This document shows positions 12,120-24,265 of a DNA stretch of 64,000 nucleotides, in pieces. This DNA comes from Paecilomyces variotii. Lineage: Eukaryota. The stretch lies in NCBI GenBank assembly GCA_004022145.1, contig RCNU01000004.1, one strand, 5' to 3'. Position 1 is the stretch's first letter; each line of letters starts with the position of its first letter. The notes below the pieces were generated by a model. It made no database searches. It had not been told where the DNA came from and was given only the letters and a program-made list of their open reading frames with translations. The translations under genes were made by a program, and so were the position numbers.

Positions 12120-15100
12120 ATGGCGACTGAGCTTAGGACCCCGTCCGCGGGGGCTTCGTCTACCGACATCGAAAGGCAGCCTGATGGGCAGCCTGATGGC
12201 ATTCAGAAACGATTAACTGTTACGTTCCGCGATTTGAGTATACGAGTCACGGCTCCAGATGCAGCATTGGGCAGCACATTGTTATCCGCCGCCGACCCTC
12301 GACGCTTGCTGAATTTGTTTCAACGGAACAAACAGCCGAAAAGGGTACGAATCACCTGTTTAGCTCCATATTCGTGGTTATAGCTGATAGGGTTGATAGA
12401 CAATCCTCAATGAAATCAATGGACAAGTTCGGCCGGGTGAAATGGTACGTGTGGCTTCTTAACTCGATGTAGAGCTTTTGCCTGACGAAGAATCCAGTTA
12501 CTGGTCCTTGGCCGTCCCGGCTCTGGATGTACGTCTTTACTTCGAGTCTTGTCCAATGACCGTGCGGCGTTCGATGAAGTCATTGGTGAAACGCATTATG
12601 GAAGCATGGATCACAACGAAGCGAAGGCCTTCCGGCAGCAGATCATGTTCAATAACGAAGGTATGATACGCAGTATTTTTTTTTGGCTCACTACGCATTA
12701 TTAACACCTATTCTAGATGACATTCACTTTCCCACCTTGACTGTTAATCGTACAATGAAGTTTGCGCTTGGAAACAAAGTCCCCCGAGAACGGCCATCAC
12801 ATCTACAAAGACGCAGTGATTTCATCCGGGAGAGCAGGAACGAGATTTTGGAGTCGTTGAGGATAGACCACACGAAGAAAACCATGGTTGGAAATGAATA
12901 CGTGCGAGGTGTTTCTGGAGGCGAGAGGAAGCGTGTATCTCTGGCCGAGTTTATGGCTGGTCAGAGTCCCATTCAGTTCTGGGACCAACCGACGCGTGGT
13001 CTCGACTCAAAAACTGCATTTGAACTTGCCCGGTTGATGCGTCGCGAAGCTGAGCGCAAAGAACGGACTATTGTGGCCACCATGTATCAGGCAGGAAACG
13101 GCATCTACAATGAATTCGACAAGGTTCTCGTTCTGGCGGAAGGCCGAATTACCTATTACGGTTATCGCAATGCTGCCCGACAATACTTTGAAGATCTTGG
13201 ATTCGTCTGCCCAAAGGGTGCGAACATTGCCGACTTCCTGACTTCAGTTACAGTGGCGACAGAACGTGTGATTCAGCCTGGCATGGAGGAGAAGGTTCCC
13301 AATACAGCTGCAGAGTTCGAGAAGCGTTATAAAGAGAGCGAAGTCTTTACTCAGATGATGGATGAGATTGTTCCTCCGGAGAAGTTAACTTATGAGGTTG
13401 AAGACCTCAAGATGGCGGTGGCAAGTGAACAGCGAAAGCACCATATTCCAAGGAAACACAGCGTATATACTGCCGGACTCTGGGATCAAATTGTTGCATG
13501 CACTATTCGGTTCGTCCTCCACCCCGACGAGATACCTTCCCAACTGACGTTCCCGCAGCCAATTCCAGATTATGATGGGAGATAAATTGTCACTGGCTAT
13601 CAAGATAATATCGGCCATCATCCAGGCCCTTGTATGCGGCAGTTTATTCTACAACCTCAAAGACGACAGTACATCCATCTTCCTTCGACCGGGTGTTCTC
13701 TTCTTCCCCGTTCTCTATTTCCTCATGGAATCGATGTCGGAAACCACAGCCTCCTTCATGGGACGTCCTATCCTTTCCCGCCAAAAGAGATTCGGTTTCT
13801 ATCGTCCAACGGCCTTCTGCATCGCTAACACGATTACTGACATTCCGGTGGTGATCTGCCAAGTGACATGCTTTTCCCTCATTATCTATTTCATGGCTGC
13901 GCTCCAACTTGACGCAGGGAAATTCTTCACTTTCTGGATCGTCGTTATTGTCGAGACTCTGTGCTTTCAGCAATTGTTCCGTGCAATTGGCGCCGTGTGC
14001 AAGCACTTCGGGCTTGCCTCCATGCTGACTGGACTGCTGACCACAATATTCTTCGTCTACGGTGGTATGTATTCGCATAGTCTGCATTGGAGATATTGCA
14101 GTGATTAACTGATTCCTCAGGTTACTTGATCCCCTTCGAAAAGATGCATGTCTGGTTCAGATGGATCTTTTATCTCAACCCAGGTATGTACACTACTCCC
14201 AAAGGTATATATGATATCTGACTAAGAAACACAAGGTGCATACGCATTTGAGTCGCTTATGGCGAACGAATTCAGCGGATTGAAGTTGGACTGTGTTGCA
14301 CCGGATTACATTCCCTACGGAAATGGTTACTCGGACTCAGTGTCGCAGTACAGAGGATGCTCTGTTCTGGGAAGCAATGCTGAGGGAGTCATTGATGGCA
14401 ATACTTATATTCGTGAGCAGTACCACTACTCCCGCCACCATATCTGGCGCGGATTTGGTGTGATGATCGGGTTCTGGGCTTTCTTCCTTTTCGTCACAGC
14501 AGTTGGATTCGAACTCCATGACAGCAAAGGAGGTTCATCCATGCTTCTCTACAAACGTGGAGCAGGGAAGACAAAGCGTGATGAGGAAGTTTCTTCTCAG
14601 AAACAGGAAGAAGTGAAGGCCAACGCACTTTCTCAATCACTGAAGCAGTCCACCTTCACCTGGAAGGACCTAGACTATTATGTGCAGTACCATGGAGAGC
14701 AGAAGCAGCTCCTGAACAAGATATTCGGGTTCGTGAAACCAGGAAATCTTGTCGCCCTTATGGGAAGCTCCGGCGCGGGAAAAACCACGTAAGTGCTATA
14801 TATATACACGGCCTCTGCGTGCAAGGAAAATATTGATAAGTTAATACCCTAGGCTACTGGACGTGTTGGCGCAACGTAAAGACGCTGGTGAAATTCGCGG
14901 TTCCGTCTTAATTGACGGACGACCTCAAGGGATCAGTTTCCAGCGTACAACCGGCTATTGTGAACAGATGGATGTTCATGAGGGTACCGCTACCGTCAAG
15001 GAGGCTCTGATCTTCTCTGCCGTTCTCCGCCAGCCAGAATCTGTTCCTTACGAAGAGAAGCTAGCTTATGTTGAGCACATCATTGACCTGCTGGAGCTGA

Positions 15101-17004
15101 GGGATATTAGTGATGCGTTAATTGGACGTAGGTCGCTATTCAAATATCTCGATGCTCTATCAAATGCTGACAGTAATCAGAACCTGGTGCTGGTCTCAGC
15201 ATCGAACAGCGCAAACGTGTTACTCTCGGCGTGGAGCTCGTTGCGAAACCAACACTTCTCTTCTTGGATGAACCCACTTCTGGACTTGATGGCCAGTCTG
15301 CGTACAACATTGTTCGTTTCCTGAGGAAACTGGTCGACGGTGGACAGGCTGTTCTTGTAAGGAAGAGAGAGTCTCATTACTACTTGTCCAGTAACTGACT
15401 GCGCTTGCAGTGCACGATTCACCAGCCTTCTGCTGTCCTGTTCGATGCTTTCGACACTCTGCTCCTTCTAGCAAAGGGCGGTCGGATGACCTATTTCGGA
15501 GAGAGTGAGTTATTGTCTTTCTTTCATTAATGGAGCGGTCATGCTTACATAGAGTAGCTGGAAAGGAGTCCTCTAAGGTTCTGGAGTACTTTGCGAAGAA
15601 CGGCGCGCCTTGCCCGCCGGACGCTAATCCTGCTGAACACATCGTCGAGGTCGTCCAGGGAAACACTGACGTGCCCATCGACTGGGTTGAAGTCTGGAAT
15701 AACTCCGAAGAACGCCAACGGGCACTCACCGAACTGGAAGCGTTAGTCGGTGCTGGCAAAGCGGACCCGAACTATGTCGAGGATACTGCGGACTTTGCAA
15801 CATCGCGTTGGTTCCAGTTCAAAACCGTTAGCCATCGACTTATGGTCCAGATCTGGCGATCTCCGGTGAGCATCTTCTACGATACCACAGGATGTTGTGG
15901 AATATTTTTCTAACTGGATTTCCAGGATTATATGTGGAACAAAATCATTCTCCACGTCTTTGCGGCGCTCTTTAGCGGTTTCACTTTCTGGATGATGGGA
16001 AACGGCTCATTCGATCTTCAACTGCGCCTGTTCGCTATATTCAACTTCATCTTCGTTGCTCCCGGATGTATCAATCAGATGCAACCATTCTTCCTTCACA
16101 ACCGCGACCTCTTTGAGACCAGGGAGAAGAAGGTGAGTGCACTTGATGCGAAAGACTTCGTCTGACCAGTATTCTGACATAGTCTCGCCATAGTCTAAAA
16201 TTTACCACTGGGTGGCTTTTATTGGTGCTCAGGCAGTCTGCGAAATCCCGTACCTAATCATCTGCGCGACCCTCTACTTCGCTTGCTGGTACTTCACTGC
16301 TGGCTTCCCCGTTCGTGCTTCCATATCTGGCCACGTCTACTTACAGATGATCTGTAAGTTTCCCTTATTATCTACCAGATGACAGTCTATTAACGTGCGT
16401 TAATCTACGAATTCCTCTATACATCGATCGGCCAAGCCATCGCTGCCTACGCTCCCAACGAATACTTCGCCGCAATCATGAATCCCGTCCTCATCGGTGC
16501 CGGTCTGATCAGTTTCTGCGGTGTCGTCGTCCCCTACTCCCAAATGCAATACTTCTGGCGCTACTGGCTTTACTACCTCGACCCCTTCAACTACCTTGTC
16601 GGCGGCCTTCTAGGCGAAGTGCTTTGGGATGTCAAGGTGGAGTGCAAGCCCGAGGAACTCGTCCACTTTCAATCTCCTCCTGGCCAAACATGCGGAGAGT
16701 ACATGGCCAGCTTCCTCTCTGAACAAACTGGATATTTGCTCGATTCGAACTCCACTTCGTGCTCGTTCTGCCAGTATACGAGCGGAGCCGACTATGCGAA
16801 GTCGTTCAACCTGAATAAGAAATACTATTCTTGGAGAGATGTAAGAATTCAACAGTTGCGCTGTATTCATCGTGATGAAAAACTAATATTTTGCGTGTGT
16901 TGTAGACTGGCATTACGGCCCTCTTCTGCATCTCCTCATACGCCCTTGTGTTCCTGATGATGAAGCTCCGGAGCAAGAAGACGAAGAGCGCTCGCTCTGA
17001 GTAG
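12120..17004 (+). CDS. PDR/ABCG full-size ABC transporter (NBD-TMD)x2, 14 introns
   Basis: GRPGSGCTS degenerate Walker A1, [10 protein letters not shown] signature, [11 protein letters not shown] Walker A2, [27 protein letters not shown]; 13 of 14 introns are canonical GT-AG. Confidence 0.93.
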
Positions 17005-17822
17005 ATTCGCCCGCTTTAAGCGTGCGGAATCTACACCACAGAACCGAAACCAATCACCGAAGATGCAGTCTTCATGACGTGCAGCCATATTAATATTCGC
17101 AGCGCATCTCTTTAATCTATACAAGAGAATGTCTAGTAATACTTTATATCGTTAATCTTGCGTTTTTGGGCGTTGGAGGTCTTTCGGGATACATATACAC
17201 AGATAAACATAACTTATAGATTCTAGGAAGATATCAAATAGCAAGGTTCAATAATGTCTTGCTACCTATTTATTCAATCAAGTTATTTTCTTTTCTTTTC
17301 ATCATTAATATTTACCCAACTTGTCAGCTTGTTCAACACATCTTCAAAGTAACAAATCCCGAGCAAGGCATTCTATCTTTGCAATAGTTAATCCCATAGT
17401 TACTTACTTGGGATTTACTGCACGTGAAGGGCTCGGACCACTTCTTAGTTATCACTTTAAACTCGTTAGTAATAGTTGGTAGTTGAAAGAAGCGGTGAGA
17501 AGCTTTCTTGATTATGGTACTAGTTACGAGCCGGGCCGAGCCTACCTATGTAAGGTAGATCGTCTGGATCACGTGTCGCAAGTTAACAGGGCGACCAGCA
17601 GGAGTCCATGAGGGGGAATTCCGACAGTGGCGTTTGGTGGCGCACCACTTTATATATTCATCATACAATAATATTACAGGAATAATTTCGCGTTACTTAT
17701 GGAGCCCAGAGTAAGGTAAGTAAAAAAAGAACAAAGTTAAACTAACAATCTAAGTCTAGTAAACATCGATGCGTAACAATTTTACAGAATGTCATCCTCT
17801 ACACCGAGACGGCAGAGAGAAA

Positions 17823-19726
17823 TCACAGTCTGCTCTGGAGGAAGTAAGGGATGTTCTTGCCCTCGTAGATGTCCTTGTAGTCGGCCTTGATGATGTCGGC
17901 AGCCTTAAATATGTGTTAGTCTTTGTCGTCATGATATTTAGCAGGGTTGGTTTTGTTAACTCACCTTCTCTCCGATCATGTAGACGGAGTTCTGGATACG
18001 GCAGTCAGGGATGACGGGCATGATGGAAGCATCAGCGATGCGGAGGTTGCGGATTCCGTGAACACGGAGCTTGGAGTCGACGACACCCTGCTGGATGTTC
18101 TTGGAGAGACGGGCAGTACCGCAAGGGTCTATTAAGTACGTTAGTTAAGTTTCGTTGCAAGTCTTTGTGTCAGGGGGGAGGGGTCTTACGGTATCCAGTC
18201 TGGCTGCGGTCCAGAACAGCTCTCTTCATGTCCTCATCGGAGTGGAGAGGCATCTTGAAGGGGTACTCCTTGACGACAATGTCCTTGAAACCGGCACCGG
18301 TGGTCAGGACATCGTAGGTCCAGCGGATACCCTCGCGCATGGCCAGGATGTCCAGGTCGTTGGCGAAGAAGTTGAGGTTGATGTTGGGCTGAACCAGAGG
18401 GTTGGAGCTGTTCAGGGTGACCTCACCCTCGGACAGAGGACGGAGCAGGTCGACGATGACAGTCATGTAGCTGCCAGACTCGGGGACGGGGTAGTGCCAC
18501 TGGAAGGCAGTGCTGAACATGCCAACGAAGTCAAGCTCGAAGTGAGGCTGGCCAGCGGGTCCGAAGGGGTCCAGGCCACCGTTGGCAGCCTTGGCCTGGC
18601 GGTACTCAGGGTACTTCTCGAGGCGCTCGTCAATACGGGGGAAACCAACAAGCTCGAGCAGACCGGAGCTGATAGCACCAGTCTTGTCCTTGGCGTAGGC
18701 CTTGATGGCGACCTCGTTCTTAGGACCGGGGCGGAGGATGTGGTCGTCCAGACCGTATCCGTCCTTGACCTGGAGGACGAAAGGAACGATGGGGTGGTCC
18801 AGGAGATGCTGTCCAACGTGAGGAGACTCGAGGATCTGGGGGATGTTGTGCTTGGCCAACTCAGCGGCGGGACCGACACCGCTCAGCAGGAGGAGCTTGG
18901 GGGTCTCGAAGACACCCTGGGAAAGGATAACTTCGCGGGTGGCGTAGACACTGATCTCAGTGTTGTGAGCCTCGCTGATAACAGTGACACCCTGGCAGAC
19001 GCGGGTCTGGGGGTCGATGATCAGACGCTTGGAGTGAACGCCGTAGAGGATAGTGACGTTGGGCTTGTTCTTCAGGTAGAGGTAGCTTCCCTGGCGCTGA
19101 CCACCGTAGATGGTGTCAACACAGTGAGTGAGACCCTTCATCTCACCAGAGTAGATGTCCTCGGTCAGAGGCTGGCCCTTGGAAACCCAAGCCTGAGTGA
19201 GGGCGTCACGGAAAGGAGCCATCTCGGGAACCAGGTCGGCGTGGGCGATGTTGATGGGACCGCCAGTTCCGATCTTCTTCAGATCGGCAGGGTAGAGCTT
19301 CTCGTCATCGTGGTAGGTAGCGCACTTGCGGAGGTAGTCGACACAGTGATCCCAGTTCCACTCGGGGCCACCGAATTCCTCCCAGTCGTCAAAGGTAGGC
19401 TTCGAACCGGGAATCCAGGTGAAGTAGTTGGCACCGGAACTTCCACCAAGCATCTTTCCACGGGTGTTGGGCTTCTCAATTCGCTCGTAGTCGTCGCGCT
19501 TGACCATAGTAGACTTGTAGGCCCAGTCATGCTTGCTACCACGGAGGTTGAAGGCCTTGGAAGGGGTGGTGATCTCCTCGAACTGGTCAGGGTTGGGAAT
19601 ACCGGCCTCGACGACCAGGACGCGGACCTCAGGGTTCTCAGCGAGACGGCCGGCAACTGCGTTTCCAGCAGTACCACCGCCCACGACGATGAAGTCGTAG
19701 GAAGAGCCGTTAGAGACAGTGGCCAT
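17823..19726 (-). CDS. GMC oxidoreductase, formate oxidase-like, with C-terminal PTS1 (-SRL)
   Basis: YDFIVVGGGTAG FAD fold; RDDYERIEKPNTRGK, QPHFELDFV, GY/HPCGTARLSKNI and IPDCRIQNSVY match Aspergillus oryzae formate oxidase as I recall its sequence; two 3' introns; ends YFLQSRL*. Confidence 0.88.
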
Positions 19727-20085
19727 TGTTGTTGAAGGTGACTGTGATTGTTATGGGAGAACAATTAAATTGAAGGTGAACTTCAGTCACTGCTTGTCAG
19801 TGTCAACAGATGAGATTGTATGTATTGTGAGTGTGTGGATGTGTCAGATCAAAGTCGCAGCAGCTGAGATCAGCCAGGGTCTTTATATCTCTCCATCCTG
19901 TGTACAGTGTAAGTGTCATACTTGGAGACAAATCTCCCTTTCCGGGTTAAGAGCGAAGGCCGCGAGGACCCGAAGTCGCACTTCAAGCAGTAGTAGTACC
20001 GGATAGGGTTAGTTGATCTCATTCGTATGCGCGCCACGTGGAACGGATGAACTAGGGATAAACTAGTTCGGTCCGAGTTGATGTT

Positions 20086-20416
20086 CGTGAGGAGAAAAGC
20101 CGCATTCTCGAAGGATGTTGGTATGGGATGGGATGGAATGCCTCAGAAACCCCTGTGGCTGCGGCGGTGGCTAAGTAGGCTCGGCAATTACTCTGCGATA
20201 AGTCGGCCTCCCGCCCAATCTGGTTCCGGCCCTTTTCGCTGACGCTTTTTTTGGCATTTCTACCCCTCACGTCTTTCCTATAGTGTTGTCTTACCCCTCA
20301 CGGATCTAGTATAGACAGAATGCCTTTGCTTCGATGTTTCAGATCTGACCGGTGGATATCCCTTTGTGGCGCTGCCTCTGGTATTTTTTCGATCTGCTTC
20401 CGGCTTTCCCCTCACG
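20086..20416. promoter_or_regulatory. Repeated CCCCTCACG motifs in the bidirectional GMC/catalase promoter
   Basis: CCCCTCACG at 20263, 20294 and 20408; reverse variant CGTGAGGAG at 20086; contains the STRE core CCCCT. Confidence 0.5.
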
Positions 20417-20604
20417 GGATGATTATCTATACAACGGGATTACTTCGGGCTCTGCCCCCAAGTCTCGAACGTCATCGAAAACGTATTAATGTATAAATAT
20501 ATAATGAAACTAATAAAGGGCCAGACCCCCTTCCCCAACACTTAGGTACTGACCATTCAAACTACCCTCAATTGTCATTCAACTGGAGAAACCAAACAGT
20601 CGCA

Positions 20605-22380
20605 ATGTCAAAGCCTACCTTTACCCTGGCCGAAGGTGCGTTTGTGCAAGCTGACAACAAGACAATTGCTCTAGTTTTCTCTTCTGTTCTAACACGTAGC
20701 TACAGGCCAGCCCGTTAGAGACCCCTCTGTTAGCACCACGTTGCCTATCGTTGGCGGTGGTGGTATCACGACCCTGGGTGACACCCTCCTCCTTGAGACC
20801 CTTGCGCACTTTAACCGCGAACGTATCCCTGAGCGGTAAGAAACAATTGTCACGCGTCACTTGCGAATTCCTAGTTTCTGACGTTTTGAATAGTGTCGTC
20901 CACGCTAAGGCTGCAGGAGCATGGGGAGAATTCGAGGTCACCCAGGACAACTCATGGCTCACATCGGCCAAGTTCCTGAACGGTGTGGGCAAGAAGACTA
21001 AGGTGCTCTTCCGTCTCAGTACCACTGGTGGTGAGAAGGGTAGCTCAGACCTTGTCCGTGATGTGCGTGGTTTCTCCGTCAAGTTCTACACTGAGGAGGG
21101 TAACCATGACATTGTCGGAAACCACCTGGTAAGTTTCTACGCCATGTCCCTTGACTTGGGTTATGATCCATATTCTAACCTCTCCTCAGCCGGTTTTCTT
21201 CGTCCGTGACCCTATGCGATTCCCGGCCGTCAACAGAAGTCACAAGAAGCACCCTATGACCAACCGATCCGATTGGAATATGGTAAGTAGTAATATCTCA
21301 TTCTTCTTTGCCTGATGAAGCTAACTGTTTCAGTTCTGGGACTTCCACGTCAACCAGCCAGAGAGTGTCCACACTGTGATGCAGCTCTTCGGCTCTCGCG
21401 GAATTCCTAGCTCGATCCGTCGCATCAACGGTTTCGGTGTCCACACCTTCAAGATGGTTACGGCCGATGGCAGGTGGCGCTACGTCAAATTCCACTTCAA
21501 GCCAACTCAGAAGTTCGCCGGTTTCACTGGACAGGAGGCCAACAAGGTGCAGGGAGACAACCTCGATTACCATACCGAGGATCTGTGGAATGCTATTGCC
21601 CGTGGACAGTACCCTGTCTGGAGACTGTGTGTGCAGGTGATGGAGCCTGAGCAGGCCGAGAACTTCGGTCGCGCTCTCTTCGATATCACCAAAGTCTGGC
21701 CTCAGAAGGAGTTCCCTCTGATCGAACTTGGTCGCATGACCTTGAACAAGAACGTAAGATTACATTGTATTGGAAGACGATAAAGAAGCAAATGCTGACA
21801 AAACCACCTCCAGCCTGAGAACTGGTTCGCTGAGATCGAACAAGCCGCATTCTCACCCTCGAACATGGTCCCCGGTATTGCCATGACTCCTGACCCTATG
21901 CTGCAAGCCCGTATGTTCGCCTACCCTGACGCCCAGCGATACCGTCTGGGAGTCAACTACACACAACTTCCTTCCAACCGTCCTGTCTGCCCCGTCTTCG
22001 CGCCGTACGAGCGTGACGGTATGGGAACCATCACCCGAAACTACGGAGGTGAACCCAGCTACGTGCGCAACTCTCTCGGTTCAGGTGCCCCTGGCCAGAA
22101 CATCTCAGCAACGATGCAACACACCGAGCGTATCGAACGCAATGCTTTCCTCGGCCAGAACGAACTTGCCGTCACTGACGAGGACTTCGTTCAGCCACGA
22201 GACCTGTGGAACAGAGTCTTCGATGAGGATGAGAAGAATCTGTGGATCGGAAACGTCGCGGGAACCCTGGAAAGCGTGTACCCTGAGCTCAAGGACGCTG
22301 TCATTGCCATGTTCGGCAAGGTCGACCCCCAGATTGCTCAGCGGTTGGCCGCCAAGACGAAGGAGAGCCACCACCTTTAA
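20605..22380 (+). CDS. Monofunctional small-subunit heme catalase (multi-exon)
   Basis: [17 protein letters not shown] distal-His motif, [40 protein letters not shown] proximal-Tyr motif. Confidence 0.95.
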
Positions 22381-23195
22381 ACGACTAGAGTTCGTCACCA
22401 TCCTGTACACCAATGATTAATTAGAATGGAACAATGATGTTTACTACATATACTCTATCGCATTCAACAAGGACCAAAACGTAGTCATACTCCTTTCTTC
22501 TGCATCCAGTAATCTATAGATGCAGCTATCTATCTCAGATGTAGCTGTCATAGTAAAGACAATTCCGGCCTTGATTACGACTATTTACTTTTGCCCCAAA
22601 ATTAGTATTTCTGTATTAGGCAATACTAAACCCAACCTTAATTCTGTGGCGCAGATAAGGTTTCTTGGATCCCGGTACCCAATCAGAGACATTTGATATT
22701 TAACCCAAAATCCGATACTCAGGAACCAATCGGAAATTGCGGCTACTATATCCAAATCTGGTAGCCCGATCTCCGAATAACCATAATAATACGCGCATTA
22801 TTATTGTGATTGATTCGTCCAAGAGTGCAAAATAATAATAGGGAGAGAAATTGCTCATAACGAACTATATTTAGCCCTCTTGGGGTTGGTTTATCCTCGG
22901 AGGTGGCGGGAAGGGACTTGTCACATTCCTGAATATAACCGTGTAGTTAACTAGCTAACCCCTGAGCATATTATTATTATTACGGACCTCGGGATACCAT
23001 GTCTTCGTAGTTACCCCAATGCGGGGAGGGGGTAGATAGTTTGGGATTCTCCACTAAATCCAACCCGGACTCCCGGTGCCTCGATACGAATATCCGCTGC
23101 CATCAACAACATGACAAGGACGGTAGACAAGACTAATGGACGTTAATCGATCAGATATCGATTACATACCTACAGAGATGAAGAGAATCCATCAC

Positions 23196-23480
23196 TCATT
23201 TCTTAATAATACCCAGCGCGAGATTTATAACTATGTCATAATCCCAATAATAAACCCGTTTGGTCTTATTCTCCGAAATCTGCCCCCTTTTTTTCCCAAG
23301 TCAACAAACAGTAAAAAGGGTTGAGGATACTAAACGTACTTCATGCAGATCCTCGGCCGTCTTTCGCACTCTAAAATGCACGGTCGATCCCGCCACAATC
23401 CGAGCGGAGCCGCTTTGTCTCTCGAAGATCTCCGAGTCTTTGATGTCCACGACAAGGGAAATACTACTGTAATTGGCCAT
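23196..23480 (-). CDS. Candidate small two-exon protein (~74 aa), unknown function
   Basis: Exon 23480-23340, 60-nt GTACGT...GTTGAC...CAG intron (23339-23280), in-frame exon 23279-23196 ending in TGA. Confidence 0.35.
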
Positions 23481-23995
23481 ATGCACCCTCCAGTGTTGCT
23501 TGCATGCCGGACGGGCCGAAGACAGGAGCCGACGTATGGGAACGCCGGAGCTTCTATTCTGTCTAGTTCGGGAGATCCTTAGTCATGCGCCGCCCATGCC
23601 GCTAAAGTCGCGCTAATCCGCAGGCGTCGATATGTATACGTGATCGGCAGCGTAGAATGAAAATGCATGGGGGATTTGAATACAGCGAGGAGGGTGCTTT
23701 GCAGATGCCGTTATTGTAGAATAGATACATGGATACGGGAGGCATGCGCGGTTTCGTATATAATAATAATATGCAACTAAGGATATTGAGGCTGCTAAAT
23801 ATGTGAGCAAAAGAGGATGTAATTTCCCTTTTTATGTTTGTGTCTCAAGATGAAGATGTAGATTTCCTTCTTCCTGCCTATACGTACAGTACTACTTACT
23901 CTTCTGTTCTTAACGTCTCCTTGATTTAGCTAACCAGTTAGTTAACAATTTACTATTGCACTTTGCGCAGCTGATGAAATTGTCAAATGTTCGAA

Positions 23996-24265
23996 GAGCA
24001 CGGAAGCACGGGCTGATTTAAATAACCTTGAATTGCTTGCTTGATTCTAGTTCTAGGGGGTTTTGAACCCGTATTCACCTTTGTAACATATAAAGAATAT
24101 AGTAATCTATGAAGTTCTATCCTATATTATATAGGACATAGAATCTGCTGCAAACTGTCGAATCCTAAACAGCACGGAAGCAGGATTTGAATTGCTTGCT
24201 TGACTCTAGGTCTAGGGGGGGATTTGACCCCTTATTTATCTCTAGCATACAGAGAATCCAGTAGG
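23996..24265. repeat. Diverged direct repeat, two copies of ~95-105 bp
   Basis: AGCACGGAAGCA...TTGAATTGCTTGCTTGA(T/C)TCTAG(T/G)TCTAGGGGG occurs at ~23997-24100 and ~24171-24265. Confidence 0.65.

Noticed and set aside
12505-12540. Cys instead of Lys in the first Walker A (GRPGSGCTS)
   Set aside because: Normal degenerate NBD1 of PDR-type ABC transporters, not a defect.
18155-19735. 526-aa plus-strand ORF
   Set aside because: Antisense shadow of the codon-biased GMC gene; no recognisable motifs.
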